A DNA stretch of 64,000 nt from contig NC_058368.1 in the NCBI RefSeq assembly GCF_018350175.1, positions 47,494,001 to 47,558,000 on the forward strand, written 5' to 3'. This DNA is from Felis catus (lineage: Eukaryota). The notes under the pieces were generated by a model. It had not been told where the DNA came from. It was given only the letters and a program-made list of their open reading frames with translations, and did no database searches. Below, one piece after another: positions 38,339 through 50,642 of the stretch (the stretch's first letter is position 1; each line of letters begins with the position of its first letter). The position numbers were made by a program, and so were the translations under genes.

Positions 38339-39422
38339 TGAGTAAAAGTATTAAAACAACAAGATGGAGACACTAAATTTATCGTTGTGTCTAGGGGATG
38401 ATAAAGGAACAGTGAGGAATATGTAGGACTTTAAGTTTACGATAGTGTCTTATCTTTTTAAAAAGCAAAATAAAACTTTAATGCAAATGGAGACCAATGT
38501 TAACTATTTTCAACTGTGGATAGTGAGGTCATGGATGTTTTGCTATATCGTGTTTTGTACTCATTTTTTACACTGAAAAATCATAGCAAAGGAAGCATGA
38601 TCATTACCATGTGAGAATACAAACATTTGCTGTAAACGCACAAAACACTTAACGTATACCAAAATATTGATACTATCAGTCATCTTTAGTGAGTTTATGG
38701 ATGATTGTTATTTTATAACTTGTGCTTTGCTCACTTTTCTTCAATAAACATGACTTTGTTAACCAAAAGAACAGTATCTTTCTAAACCAGTTTTGAAAAT
38801 CTAATGAAAAACAAAAAACAATTCTTAACATCCATCTGCATGGAAATACCAGGTGGGTAGATCAAATCTGTGAAGTACAAAGGAACTGATTCTGACTAGA
38901 GAAGATAAATTGAGTTAGGAAGTCTTTATTTCTGCTTACTTTTTAAGATGCCTGTTGTAGGTTTGTTCTAATTCTTGGTTTCACTGTTTGGGGTCAAGAG
39001 CTTGTCTACAAATGGAAATTAGAATCTCTGGGCAATCTTAAACAATTTGTGAATGAAATAGTCACAAGAATCCCTCCTTTTGTATCTGCTATGCAATCTG
39101 AGTGATGAATTAGGGGCTTTTTGATGCTAACTGAACTGAAAGCCTAGAGCCACATATAAATTATTTAAAAGTTTGGCTTCAAGATAAGATTAATGATGAT
39201 TGGTGAAAAGATACCACGGTGTACCTTAGAGGGTATTCTTATGTATTTTACTGGGTAGTGTAGTTTACGTATTTATTTTTTAAAGATAACAAATTTACAT
39301 TTATATATATGAACAGTCTTAAAACCTTGCTTTGAAAAGCAGACACTTTATTGTTCACAAAATGACACTAAAGCCCCACTGCTGGTATTTCTCTTTGGTT
39401 TCCTGAAACATAAATCAGTCCC

Positions 39423-39744
39423 TTTTTTTGTTGGTTTTTTGTTGTTGTTTTTGGGTTTTGGGGTTTTTTTGGTTGTTGTTTTTTTTTTTCTTTTTCTTTT
39501 TTTTTTTTTGAGAGAGAGAGAGCACGCACAAGTGAGGGAGGGGCAGAGAGAGACAGAGAGAGAGAGAGAGAGAAGCAGGGCTTACCTGAAGTGGGGCTCG
39601 TGCTCACCCAAAGTAGAGCTTGTGTTCACCCGAAGCAGGGCACAAGCACACCCGATGAGGGGTTCGACTCAGGAATCATGATGTGAGATCATGACATGAG
39701 CCCAAGTCAGATGCTTAACAACTGAGCCACCACCCAGTGCCCCC
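39423..39744 (-). mobile_element. Variant CanSINE with internal 22-bp tandem repeats and a long T-rich tail
   Basis: Three and a half 22-bp units at 39585-39666; about 85-nt T/G tail. Confidence 0.85.
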
Positions 39745-39844
39745 AGCCCATTTTAAATGTTGATTATAAAATTGGATATAAAATGTACCTATGTATTTGA
39801 ATTTTATTTTAGTAAAAATAAATAAGTGTATTTGAATTTTATAG

Positions 39845-39953
39845 TGAGCGCGATGCCCTTGAACAGGAAATAATTGAGTTAAGGAGAAAACATGAAATAC
39901 TTGAAGCCTCTCACATAACTCAAGCTAAAGAAAGAAATGAATTATCAAAAGAG
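39845..39953 (+). CDS. PIBF1: PIBF1 coding exon (exon 7 equivalent), 109 nt
   Basis: ttttatAG|T acceptor, GAG|GTAAGC donor; [36 protein letters not shown]. Confidence 0.96.
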
Positions 39954-40208
39954 GTAAGCTCATAGAGTCATGTGTATTTTATCATACGGTGATTGTGGGC
40001 ACAGCCCAGGGCAGAATTGTGGGAGGGACTTTTTCCTTTTTGATGTAGTTAACAGAAAAAGAGACTTCAGTAGCTCTGTTTGAATGGGAAATTGCAAAGT
40101 AAAAATTAGCTTTTTATGTGAAAGCATAAGTGAAAGAAAATATTACAGTAAACCCTGAAAAGTAAGACGAAGTTGCTCTGGACACTGTCTGTCTCTGCAC
40201 ATATGTAG

Positions 40209-40418
<210 letters not shown>

Positions 40419-40930
40419 TAGATACAAATTAGCACCATTTTCTCTGAGGGAACTCTTAGCTTTGGGGAAGAATAGTGATTTTTTTTTTTTAATTATATTG
40501 GACTATATTAAAATAACAGTTCATTTTGTTTCCTTTTAATATATTCTTATTCTAGTTGACTTTTTCTTAAGACATAGTTTTATTTTTTTCCCAATAGTGA
40601 AAAGACTACTTCTTTTGGGTCGGTGTATATATGCTATAATTCTTTTTTTGTTGTTGTTATGACATAACCTTTTTGTCTACAACTAAGATCTCTATGTAAG
40701 TGTTTTTTGAAAGAAAAGATGTAAGTATCTTTGTGAAAGGATCTTTTGAAAACAGTCTAATTGTGCAGAGCCTAAGCTGACCTTCTCCTGACTATGTGAA
40801 ACCTAAGAAGAATGAAGGGACGGCATCACATACACGCTCTGGAATCAGACTCCTGCATTTTGATCCTGTCTTCTCTCTTCAACTAGATGTATAAGCTATT
40901 AGAGTTATAGTATATATATAGTACATATAC

Positions 40931-40951
40931 ATGTATGTATGTGTGTGTGTA

Positions 40952-41005
<54 letters not shown>
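40931..41005. repeat. Compound (GT)n-(TA)21 microsatellite
   Basis: Read directly; (TA)21 at 40964-41005. Confidence 0.93.
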
Positions 41006-41009
<4 letters not shown>

Positions 41010-41477
41010 TAGTCCTTATGATCCTTGAGATACTTATTTTTATCAGCACATCCAAAACTAAAACAAATTTAAAATTTAATCCTTTAAAACTTCACACATT
41101 CATAACTTTTTCCTTAGTCTGTGGAATTTTTCATGTGTTTGTGCTCCTGCTAATGGCCTAGGTAATGCTTTGACTTTGCTCAGAAATCACAGTGGTTGTG
41201 GTTGTTGTGCTTTAGAAGGAAAGGTTTTACAGTCAATTAGAGTCATTTTTGTTTTGTTTTTAATTTTGTCTCTCAACATGTACAACACCAGATTATTTTT
41301 AAATCAAGGGCATTCCATATACATCAGTTTTCAGGTCTTTAGCCATATGCATTAAAAACTATTAATATGATATTTTTAAGGATGAGCACATTTTATATAG
41401 TAATTAAGCCTTTGAGGCAATATATCTAACAACTATGTTTTTCAAATAACATTGTATATAGAACTTACTTGACATAA

Positions 41478-41726
<249 letters not shown>

Positions 41727-42674
41727 TAAACTATTTCTATGACATCAAATCTAAATAAAATGGAACATTAAAGTTCTAAGGTCTTTGGTAACTACCTCAG
41801 AAGAGGGTTTATCGGACCTTAAGTTAAGCCTCTTTACTCAGGTATTCCCATTATCTCTTCATTATCTTGGGAACTTGTCTTTTTGCCTTTAAGGGTTCAT
41901 ATTGAGGACAGAGATGAAAAGGGAATAAGAGATGCCAGTAGTTCTTCCCATAACATGCCAATGATTTCTGCAAGAAATTTTTTAAAACTGGAATAATAAT
42001 ATGAAATATTACATATGCCTCATTATCTGCTGGCCCTGACAGATATATTAAATAATCTTGAAGATGAATAATTTTTATTCATTTTAATCACTTTTAGGTT
42101 AGTATATATACGGTTCCCTTAGTCAGTGATTGGCAGTATTAGGGTGAAATAAATGCTACTTATTTCAACAGTAGTTTTTTGTGTTTTTTTTCACCATCAT
42201 TATACTTCATTATACTATCCCTATACTATACTATATTATACTATGATTATACTTCATATGGCTTTTGAAAGTTTATATTTTAGTGGGAAAATTGTTTTGA
42301 AATTGACTTGTCTCATACTAGTTTATCAGCACTGATTTGAGTGTATGATGTTTTGAAGTTTGCCAACAAGCAAGACTTTAAATCAGACTTAATTCTATAA
42401 TTATCACTGTAACATGTTGTTCTACTAGGAGTATAGTAGCAAAAACTTTGAGGGTTCCTCCCCTCAATTCCAGGCAAAAAAAGCTGGAATTTTACCTACT
42501 CTGTTAATGTAGTTGGCCTCTACTAGGGAAAATCTGTAAGAACTACATGTGCAGAATTAGCCTTTGGGTAGAAAACCAGCAAAGATAACTTTTTAAATTG
42601 CTGTTAAATTGTTATTTTAATAAAACAGATTGAGAGAGATTTTTATGATAATGTTGAAATCCTTTCGAGCAGTT

Positions 42675-43250
42675 AAATAATTGGACAACCTCTTGCAAAA
42701 AAATGAAACTGGACCACTATCTTACACCACACATAAAAATTCGTTCAAAATAGATTAAAGACTTGAATGTGAGACCTGAAACCATAAACCTCCTAGAAGA
42801 AAACATGGGCAGTAAGCTCCTCAACACCAATCTTGACAATGATTTTTTGAATCTGACAACAAAAGCAAAAAATGGTTTTCCAGTTTTCCCAACACCATTT
42901 ACTGAAAAGGCTCCTTTATTTCTGGGCTTTCCATTCTGTTCCATTTATCTATGTGTCTGTTTTTATGCCAGTGCCATACTATTTTGATTATGTTCATTTT
43001 GTAATATAATTTGAAATCAGGGAACATGATGCCTTCAACCTTGTTCTTCTTTGTCAAGATTGCTGTGGCTATTGGGGGATTTTTGTGGTTCTATACAAAT
43101 TTTAGGATTTTTGTTCTAGTTTAGTGAAAAATGCCATTAGAATTTTTATAGGGATTGCGTTGAATCTATAGCTTGTTTTTGGGTAGTGTGGACACTTTCC
43201 CAATCATTTTAATCCATGAGCATGGAGTATCTTTTGATGTATTTGTGTGT
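42675..43250. mobile_element. Rearranged L1 ORF2 fragment: sense piece at about 42675-42870 joined to antisense piece at about 42873-43250
   Basis: Sense NWTTSCKKMKLDHYLTP...NVRPETINLLEENMG; antisense piece contains the WENW and WHKN..DKWNR coding sequence. Confidence 0.85.
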
Positions 43251-43929
43251 TTATTCAGTCAGTCAAAGAGGATATAAACTATATTTTTTAAATGTACATT
43301 TAGTAAGTAATTACAAATTAAATACCTGTTTAACCACCATCCAAATCAAGAGTCAGTGTCAGCACCACAAAAATGTCTTTGAGACCCTTTCTGCTTAACT
43401 CCTTCCTTCCATAAAGATAACTACTATTCTGATTTTTATACTAATAACTTTCTTGCTTTTTCTTGTACTTTTATTATCTAAATTACCAGTAAATATGTAT
43501 GTCTGAGAAATATAGTTTAGTTTTCATATTATATTAGTGTCACATAAAGGGATCTTGCTGTATGTATTCTTTTGTGGCTATATGTGATTCTTCATGTAAC
43601 CTTTTTTTAAGATCCATATGCTGTTGCATTTAGCTGTTCATGGTCATAACTAAAGTATGCCATTTTTATGAATTCATGCTTAGGACAACAAGGACATTGG
43701 GAGATTAGAGAGAGATGCATACAGAGAGATTAAAGAATGTCAAAACAAATTCTTCCATCTTTTTCAAAATTTTGGTTAGTCCCAGCCCTGTATTGGGTAA
43801 AAAGTTTCCTCTACCTTGTGGTCACTTGCTGGTAGGGTTCAAAATGCAGACCAAAAGAAGAGATATAAGCCTACTATATACCAAGGTTGATGTTAGAAAA
43901 GTTTACATTTGAGCTCTCCCAGCACTGTA

Positions 43930-44690
43930 TTCACTTATTTAGCAAACATTTGTTGAGATCCACCATATGCCATAGATACATCAGGGACCTCTGTCTTCAT
44001 GAAGTTGGTTTTCTAATAGACATAAAGACAGTAGAGAAACAATGATTATAAGTATGATGATAATGGAGAAAATGACAACACAGGATGAGACTATATAGAA
44101 TCAGGGAAGACGTCACGGCAGAAGAAATACCCATGCTGATACCTGCATGATGACTAAGTGTAAGATGCGGGTTAGGGAAGGGAAAGGAATTGGGCAATGA
44201 ATGTTCAGCATGTATGAAACCTGGAGATTAGACAGTATGAAGCTTTTTGAACAAACTGAAAATAATTCCATATGACTTGAGTGTAGACTGAGCTCTAAGA
44301 GATGAAACAGAAGAGGGAAACAGAGGTCCAGATCATGTATTTGGATCATTGCCTAAGTAAGACCAGTGGGGAACAATGGAAAGATTTTAAGAATATGCAT
44401 TATATGATCCAATTTTATATAAAAAAGAGATTTCTCTGCAATGTGGAGAGAGAGGAGAAGTAAAGTATATGAGCACAGACATAAAGGCCACTTTTTGAGG
44501 TTGGTTCTGCTACCAGAATGAGAAATGATAGAACAGGATTATAGCAATAGAGATGGAGAGTAATGGGCCAGATTGAAAACATTTCTGGGAGGCAGAACCA
44601 ACAGGATTCAGTGACTAGATTGGACTAGGGAGTGAGAAGATGTTAAGTATGTCATCAATTTTCTGGATTGGGTAGCTAATGTGATGCAAT
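43930..44690 (-). mobile_element. L2 fragment
   Basis: ttcacttatttagcaaacatttgttgag 3-prime end followed by purine-rich L2 motifs. Confidence 0.7.
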
Positions 44691-44708
44691 TTTTAAAATA
44701 TTAGGGGA

Positions 44709-44936
44709 GGGGCGCCTGGGTGGCGCAGTCGGTTAAGCGTCCGACTTCAGCCAGGTCACGATCTCGCGGTCCGTGAGTTCGAGCCCCACGTCAGGCTCTG
44801 GGCTGATGGCTCGGAGCCTGGAGCCTGTTTCCGATTCTGTGTCTCCCTCTCTCTCTGCCCCTCCCCCGTTCATGCTCTGTCTCTCTCTGTCCCAAAAATA
44901 AATAAACGTTGAAAAAAAAATTTTTTTTTAAATAAA
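44709..44936 (+). mobile_element. Young felid CanSINE
   Basis: Near-identical to the 20779 and 36115 copies; perfect 15-bp TSD taaaatattagggga. Confidence 0.96.
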
Positions 44937-45602
44937 TAAAATATTAGGGGAAAAAATAAGGCTTTAATAGGAAAACAAGGTAAATTTAGTTTTATTTTAT
45001 TTAAAGTTTTTGTGTAATATAAACAGAAAAATTGACTGTATAAGGTTCTGAATCTCAAGAGAAGGGTCTGAGCATGAGATAGACCTGTGGCATAGGTGAT
45101 ATTATTTCTGTTTTACACATAAGTCTTTTAGTCCTGTGACTCAATTCTGTTACAGATTTTATAGGCTTTTATTGACTGACTTACTAACCTTAAAATATAT
45201 GGGATTGTTTCTTTGATAACATGCATAATTATTTCCAGATAACCCACATAGCACATAAACTTTGGTATTACAATCATTTTGAGAATTTCCTGATTTTTCA
45301 GTTTTTGTTCTTTTTAAAAATCCTTTAAAATGCATGGCAACAGATTTAGACAAGTTAGCCCTTATTCTCTAGGATGCTTGCTTGATACAGGTAGGTTGGG
45401 AAATAGCTGACAGAACTATTTGTAGAAGCATGGAAACAAAAGGCAGGTTTCCTTTTCCCCAATATTGTTCAGCCTCCATATCCACATCAAAATGGATACC
45501 ACCTAACCAGGAAATTCCTGGGATCCCGGCCTCTGCCCTGGAAGCCCTGGCAGCCACTGTACCCAGAATGACCCCATGGATATTGAAACCAGAGTGGGCA
45601 TT

Positions 45603-45621
45603 TGCCACCAGGTGGCGCCAG
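45603..45621 (+). promoter_or_regulatory. Candidate CTCF binding site
   Basis: TGCCACCAGGTGGCGCCAG closely matches the CTCF core consensus CCACYAGRKGGCRS, in a locally GC-richer patch. Confidence 0.7.
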
Positions 45622-46798
45622 ACTGCAGCCCAGATCCAAATGGATTTGAATTGCACAAGGACCCCTAGCTGTAGGGCTCACCTTTGTCATTTTTTTAACC
45701 TCACAGTAATCCAACTCTGTATTTTATATGGCTGAATCTTTTTGAATCAGTTTCTTCATTACGGCAGGATTTAACTGTACTTAGAGCTTATGTCTCACTA
45801 GTCTTCATAAAGTAAAAATAAATTATAAATTATTTCCTTCGAAATCTCATAATAGGAGTTAAAACAGACGAAGTACTTACACTTGCATGTTTGTACCTAG
45901 TCTTTTTACCTCTCCCCCCATAAACATTTTTAGAAGAAAATTAAATAAGATTAAAGAAACATTTTATGGCCTTGGTTTGTTTTCTATACATTGGGGGATA
46001 TTAAGAGAGTGCCTTTTATTTTCTCCTCTTAGATGTGTAAGAGAAAGATGGAACACATGCCAGCTGATCTTGGCATCTATCCCTGCAGTCATACCAGTAG
46101 TTTGTGAAGTGAAGGGGAAGAGAGCACAAGAGACAAAGACTTAAGAAAAGGCAGAAATAAGCAAAGAAAGAACTTGGGTATTTGGATACATCAAAAGTAC
46201 TGTAGTTGGGATTATAATGTGCATGTATATATGCTTTGCTCAGTCTGGGAGTTAGGCTTCTTGTCTTCTTCTGTTGCTTTAGAATCTAGTTTGCCGCTGT
46301 GGGAAATAGTGAAACTCACTCTGGTGGTGAGATTCTTCTATAAATAACTTCTTGCTTAGTAGGTATTTTGTGACTGAAATGTACAGACCCTCTTATACAT
46401 TTGGAAGAAAAGCTTTATTCCTGAACAGGGAGTATATTATGGAAAAGATTTGGATCAAAAGACTAAACTTAAATTCTGGCTCTGCCAGTAAATCTGCTTA
46501 ATATCCCTGAAGTTTAATTTACTCTTTTATAAAATGAGCTAATAGTACTGCTTCACAGAGTGATCTGTAAGGTCTGAATGAGATAATGTATATGAAAAGT
46601 ACATTATAAATTATAAAGCTATGTATAAGTAGTACTTATTCTGATACCTTTTATCTGTAGGCAGTATTTTAAGTTTTTTTCTTTTATCGATTTGTTGACA
46701 GTATTATAATGAAGATCGTATAAAAGTCACTGATAACACTATGAAATTATTATCATTAAAAGGCACTACTATAAAGTATGTAATGAATCTTAAGTATT

Positions 46799-47067
46799 GG
46801 GGCACCTGGGTGGCTCTGTTGGTTAAGCGTTCGACTTCAGCTCAGGTCATGATCTCGTGGTCTGTGAGTTCAAGCCCCATCTCGGGCTCCTGGAGCCTGC
46901 TTCGGATTCTGTTTCCCTCTCTCTCTGCCCCTCCCCACTCATATTCTCTCTCTCTCTCTCTCTCTCCCTCCCTCCCTCCCTCCCTCTCCCTCTCTCTCCC
47001 TCTCTCTCTCCCTCCTCTCTCTCCCTCTCTCTCTCAAAAATAAACATTAAAAAAAATAAATTAAAAA
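46799..47067 (+). mobile_element. CanSINE with expanded CT-rich tract
   Basis: Typical head; about 110-nt C/T tract; TSD aatcttaagtattg. Confidence 0.92.
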
Positions 47068-47632
47068 AATCTTAAGTATTGATCTCCATAGCATTGAACC
47101 ATTTTCCTTAAATGACATAATACAGACATGCAGGTCTGCATGCCCTTTGTTTCAGTCTAAATTTCTACATAAAATGCTAACTTATTTGTTCCTAATTAAT
47201 ACTATGAGGTAACAAAAAGGAAATAAATTCAGCTGATTAAGTTTTTCCAAAAGTCAAACTACCTTGACCTAAGGTGGTCTCATTATTGTGAACCCAGAAA
47301 GAACTATTCTCATAGTGATCCTGTAAAAAAGAGAATGAGTTTGTTACAAATATTTTATTACGCTTTTGAAAAAGTCAAACCAGTACGGAAAGGGAGATCA
47401 AAAATATGCTTTTAAATGTGACAGTATTGCTTTAGTGATTTTATTTTCCCACCAAATCAGTAAAATCCATCTTGATCGGAATTTATCATCTTCCAAAAGT
47501 ACTCAAGAAGAAACTTAATGACATAAACTTGAAGTTTGTGTCAAATCTTGGAGTGATATTAAATATCTTCAATCTAAGTTTATTTACAAAGGTTAGTTGA
47601 GTATATATAATGCATTAGAATAGATGAATCGA

Positions 47633-47782
47633 GGGGCCCCTTGGTGGCTCAGTCAGTTAAGCATCTGACTTGGGCTCAAGTCATGATCTCGCAGTTCGTA
47701 GGTTCAAGCCCCACATCGAGCTCTGTGCTGACAGCTCACAGCCGGGATAGAGCCTGCTTCAGATTCTGTGGCGCGCGCGCGC

Positions 47783-47815
<33 letters not shown>

Positions 47816-47846
47816 AAAATAAATGTTAACAAAAAATTTTAAAAAA
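47633..47846 (+). mobile_element. CanSINE containing (GC)7(TC)n
   Basis: Typical head; TSD agaatagatgaatc. Confidence 0.92.
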
Positions 47847-47963
47847 GAATAGATGAATCTGAACCAGTATATGCAGGCTCCCTTCATCATTTTAAAAGTG
47901 TATGTCCTCAATTGGTGCTTCAACAAACTTCTTTTGTTCATGTCTGACCAGGTGTCTGAATAA

Positions 47964-48185
47964 TTTTTTTTTTAATTTTTTTTTCAACGTTTATTTATTT
48001 TTGGGACAGAGAGACAGAACATGAACGGGGGAGGGGCAGAGAGAGAGGGAGACACAGAATCGGAAACAGGCTCCAGGCTCCGAGCCATCAGCCTAGAGCC
48101 TGACGTGGGGCTCGAACTCACGGACCGCGAGATCGTGACCTGGCTGAAGTCGGACGCTTAACCGACTGCGCCACCCAGGCACCCC
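47964..48185 (-). mobile_element. Young felid CanSINE
   Basis: Reverse complement of the 20779-type sequence, with CpGs retained. Confidence 0.95.
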
Positions 48186-49181
48186 GCAATTTTTTAAGTT
48201 CTTAGATGGAAAAACTTAAGAATATTCAGCGTGTCTTTTTAGTTAGATTATTCTGGAAGTATATGGCTTTACAGATAACTCAGGATCTTCTTAAAGAGTT
48301 ACAAATGAAATTTTATTGTTAGCTATATTTTATTATTAACTATCTTTTTATGCCTATAAGTGATTACCATATGTGTTCACTGCTTAATTAATAATATTTA
48401 ATTATTTCAAGGTGTACAGGGTGTTCCAGAGATGAAGTAAGGTGAGTTCAGGTTATGCAAGAACTTAAATATAACTATTGTGTATATATAGCTCACAGGG
48501 TAGCAAGGGAGGTAGTAACATTCAGGATAGGGTGAGGTTTTTAAAAGCCCTGATGTTAATAGGGAATTCTTGGAAATTTTATAGAAAAAGAGTAATGTGA
48601 TATATTCATTTTTTGTAACTAGTTACGGTGTCGGGAGGATTATAATTGAAGAGGCCCCAGAGGCAGGGAGATGGGTTAACAGAGTATTGCAAAGCTTAAG
48701 TGAAGCTGAGAAATGGAAGGAGAGAATACAAGCTGATTTTAAATAGTATTTGGGTGAAAGAATTGACACCACCTGATGACGGACAGGAAGTGGACATCAG
48801 ACATGACTTCATCTTTTCTACTTTGCCGGTCTCAGAGAGATGGGTGGTCAGGCACAGCTAGTAACCCAAGGTTTCAGACAAGATTTAGAAAGGAGAATAA
48901 CCATTCCTGATTTTTCACAGGTACAGCAGCTCTAACCAAGCCTAAAAGTATTTGTGTGAGATGACATTTAGTACCAGAAATTTTTCTCTATTGCATCTCA
49001 GATGTCACTCTCCTCAGCCCTAAAGTGCAAGAAGGGCATTAAACTGCTGAAGCCCCTCCAGCAGTCTTCTCTGTTTCTGCAGGATACCCTTGTATATATT
49101 GTCATCTTCTTTTTATACAATAAAAAAACCTTGAGAAGCATAAACCCTAATTATTATTCTCTAAATGAATATCTTCATAAC

Positions 49182-49398
49182 TTTTTAAAAAATTTTTTTA
49201 ACGTTTGTTTATTTTTGAAAGACAGAGCATAAGCATGAGCATGAGCAGGGGAGAGGCAGAGAGACAAGGAGACACAGGATCTGAAGCAGGCTCCAGGCTC
49301 TGAGCTGTCAGCACAGAGCCTGACCCATGGCTTGAGTCCACAAACCATGAGATCATGACCTGAGCTAAAGTCAGACACTTAACCAGCTGAGCCTCCCC
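49182..49398 (-). mobile_element. CanSINE
   Basis: Antisense structure; TSD atcttcataa. Confidence 0.9.
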
Positions 49399-50071
49399 AT
49401 CTTCATAATTTTTAATGTAGCCTTTCATATTTAGATAACATACTAACTAGCTACTATTTATGGGGTGCCTATTACATATCAAGCGTTGTACTCAACACTC
49501 TATGTACATTGTAGAGAGAATTAAATGGGACATTTTATGAGGTTGTAGGTACTAGTATCCCTGTTTTGGAAATGAGGAAACAGACACAGTGAGTGTGATT
49601 TGCCTATGATTACAGACTATTTAAATGGTAAAACTAGATACATCTGATTCTACAGTGCAATGCAGATTTCCATGTTACTGGTCAAGGCTATAAAAACTGA
49701 TAAAAGATCTCTTAGCAAAATGGTAATTTTGGCGGTAATTTATTTGAGAAAGAAATTTGTTTTTTTAAGAGAGTTTCAAACCCCACTTTATACTTCAGGG
49801 CTGAGTGTGAATCATTAGAACTTCATAAAGGCATTTATAATTTTGAAAATTAGTAAATAGGCCTTTATTTTTCCATAAAATAGTATTTGTTTTACAGAAT
49901 CTATCTCTCTTTACTACTTACCTAAAGCCCAACCTCCACTTGTAACAAGAGCATGTTCTCCTGCTCAAAGACACAGCTCCAACAATTATCTCCTTTGAAG
50001 AAAGGAAAAGGTTTTCCTTTTCTACCAACTATTCCCAACTATTGTTACTAACAAACATTATTTCTCCCATC

Positions 50072-50072
50072 T

Positions 50073-50137
<65 letters not shown>

Positions 50138-50354
50138 ATTTTTTTTTTCAACGTTTTTTATTTATTTTTGGGACAGAGCGAGACAGAGCATGAACGGGGG
50201 AGGGACAGAGAGAGAGGGAGACACAGAATCGGAAACAGGCTCCAGGCTCTGAGCTATCAGCCCAGAGCCCGACACGGGGCTCAAACCCACGGACCGTGAG
50301 ATCGTGACCTGGCTGAAGTCGGACGCTTAACCGACTGCGCCACCCAGGCGCCCC
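50072..50354 (-). mobile_element. Young felid CanSINE with (TTTA)15 tail
   Basis: Perfect 17-bp TSD tatttctcccatcttta at 50059-50075 and 50356-50372. Confidence 0.95.
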
Positions 50355-50507
50355 ATATTTCTCCCATCTTTAAAAAAAAACTTATTTTTTAATTGCCACT
50401 TCCTCCTGTAGCCACTGGCTCATTTCTTTGTTGCCCTTTGTAACCAAATTCCTGCAGTTTTATATATTCATTCTTTACCCTCGTTTAGAAAAAATTCTGT
50501 TACCAAG

Positions 50508-50642
50508 GGGGCACCTGGGTGGCTCAGTCGTTTAAGTGTCTGACTCTTGATCTCAGTTCAGGTCTTGGTCTCAAAGTTGTGAGTTCAAGCCCCGTATTGG
50601 GCTCCATGCTGGGTGTGAAGGCTACTTTAAAAAAAAAAAAAA
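50508..50642 (+). mobile_element. Short CanSINE
   Basis: Head plus polyA; degenerate TSD tct(g/a)ttaccaag. Confidence 0.88.

Noticed and set aside
45369..45735. Three overlapping ORFs of 75-117 aa
   Set aside because: No recognisable domain or splice support; the higher local GC content explains the lack of stop codons.
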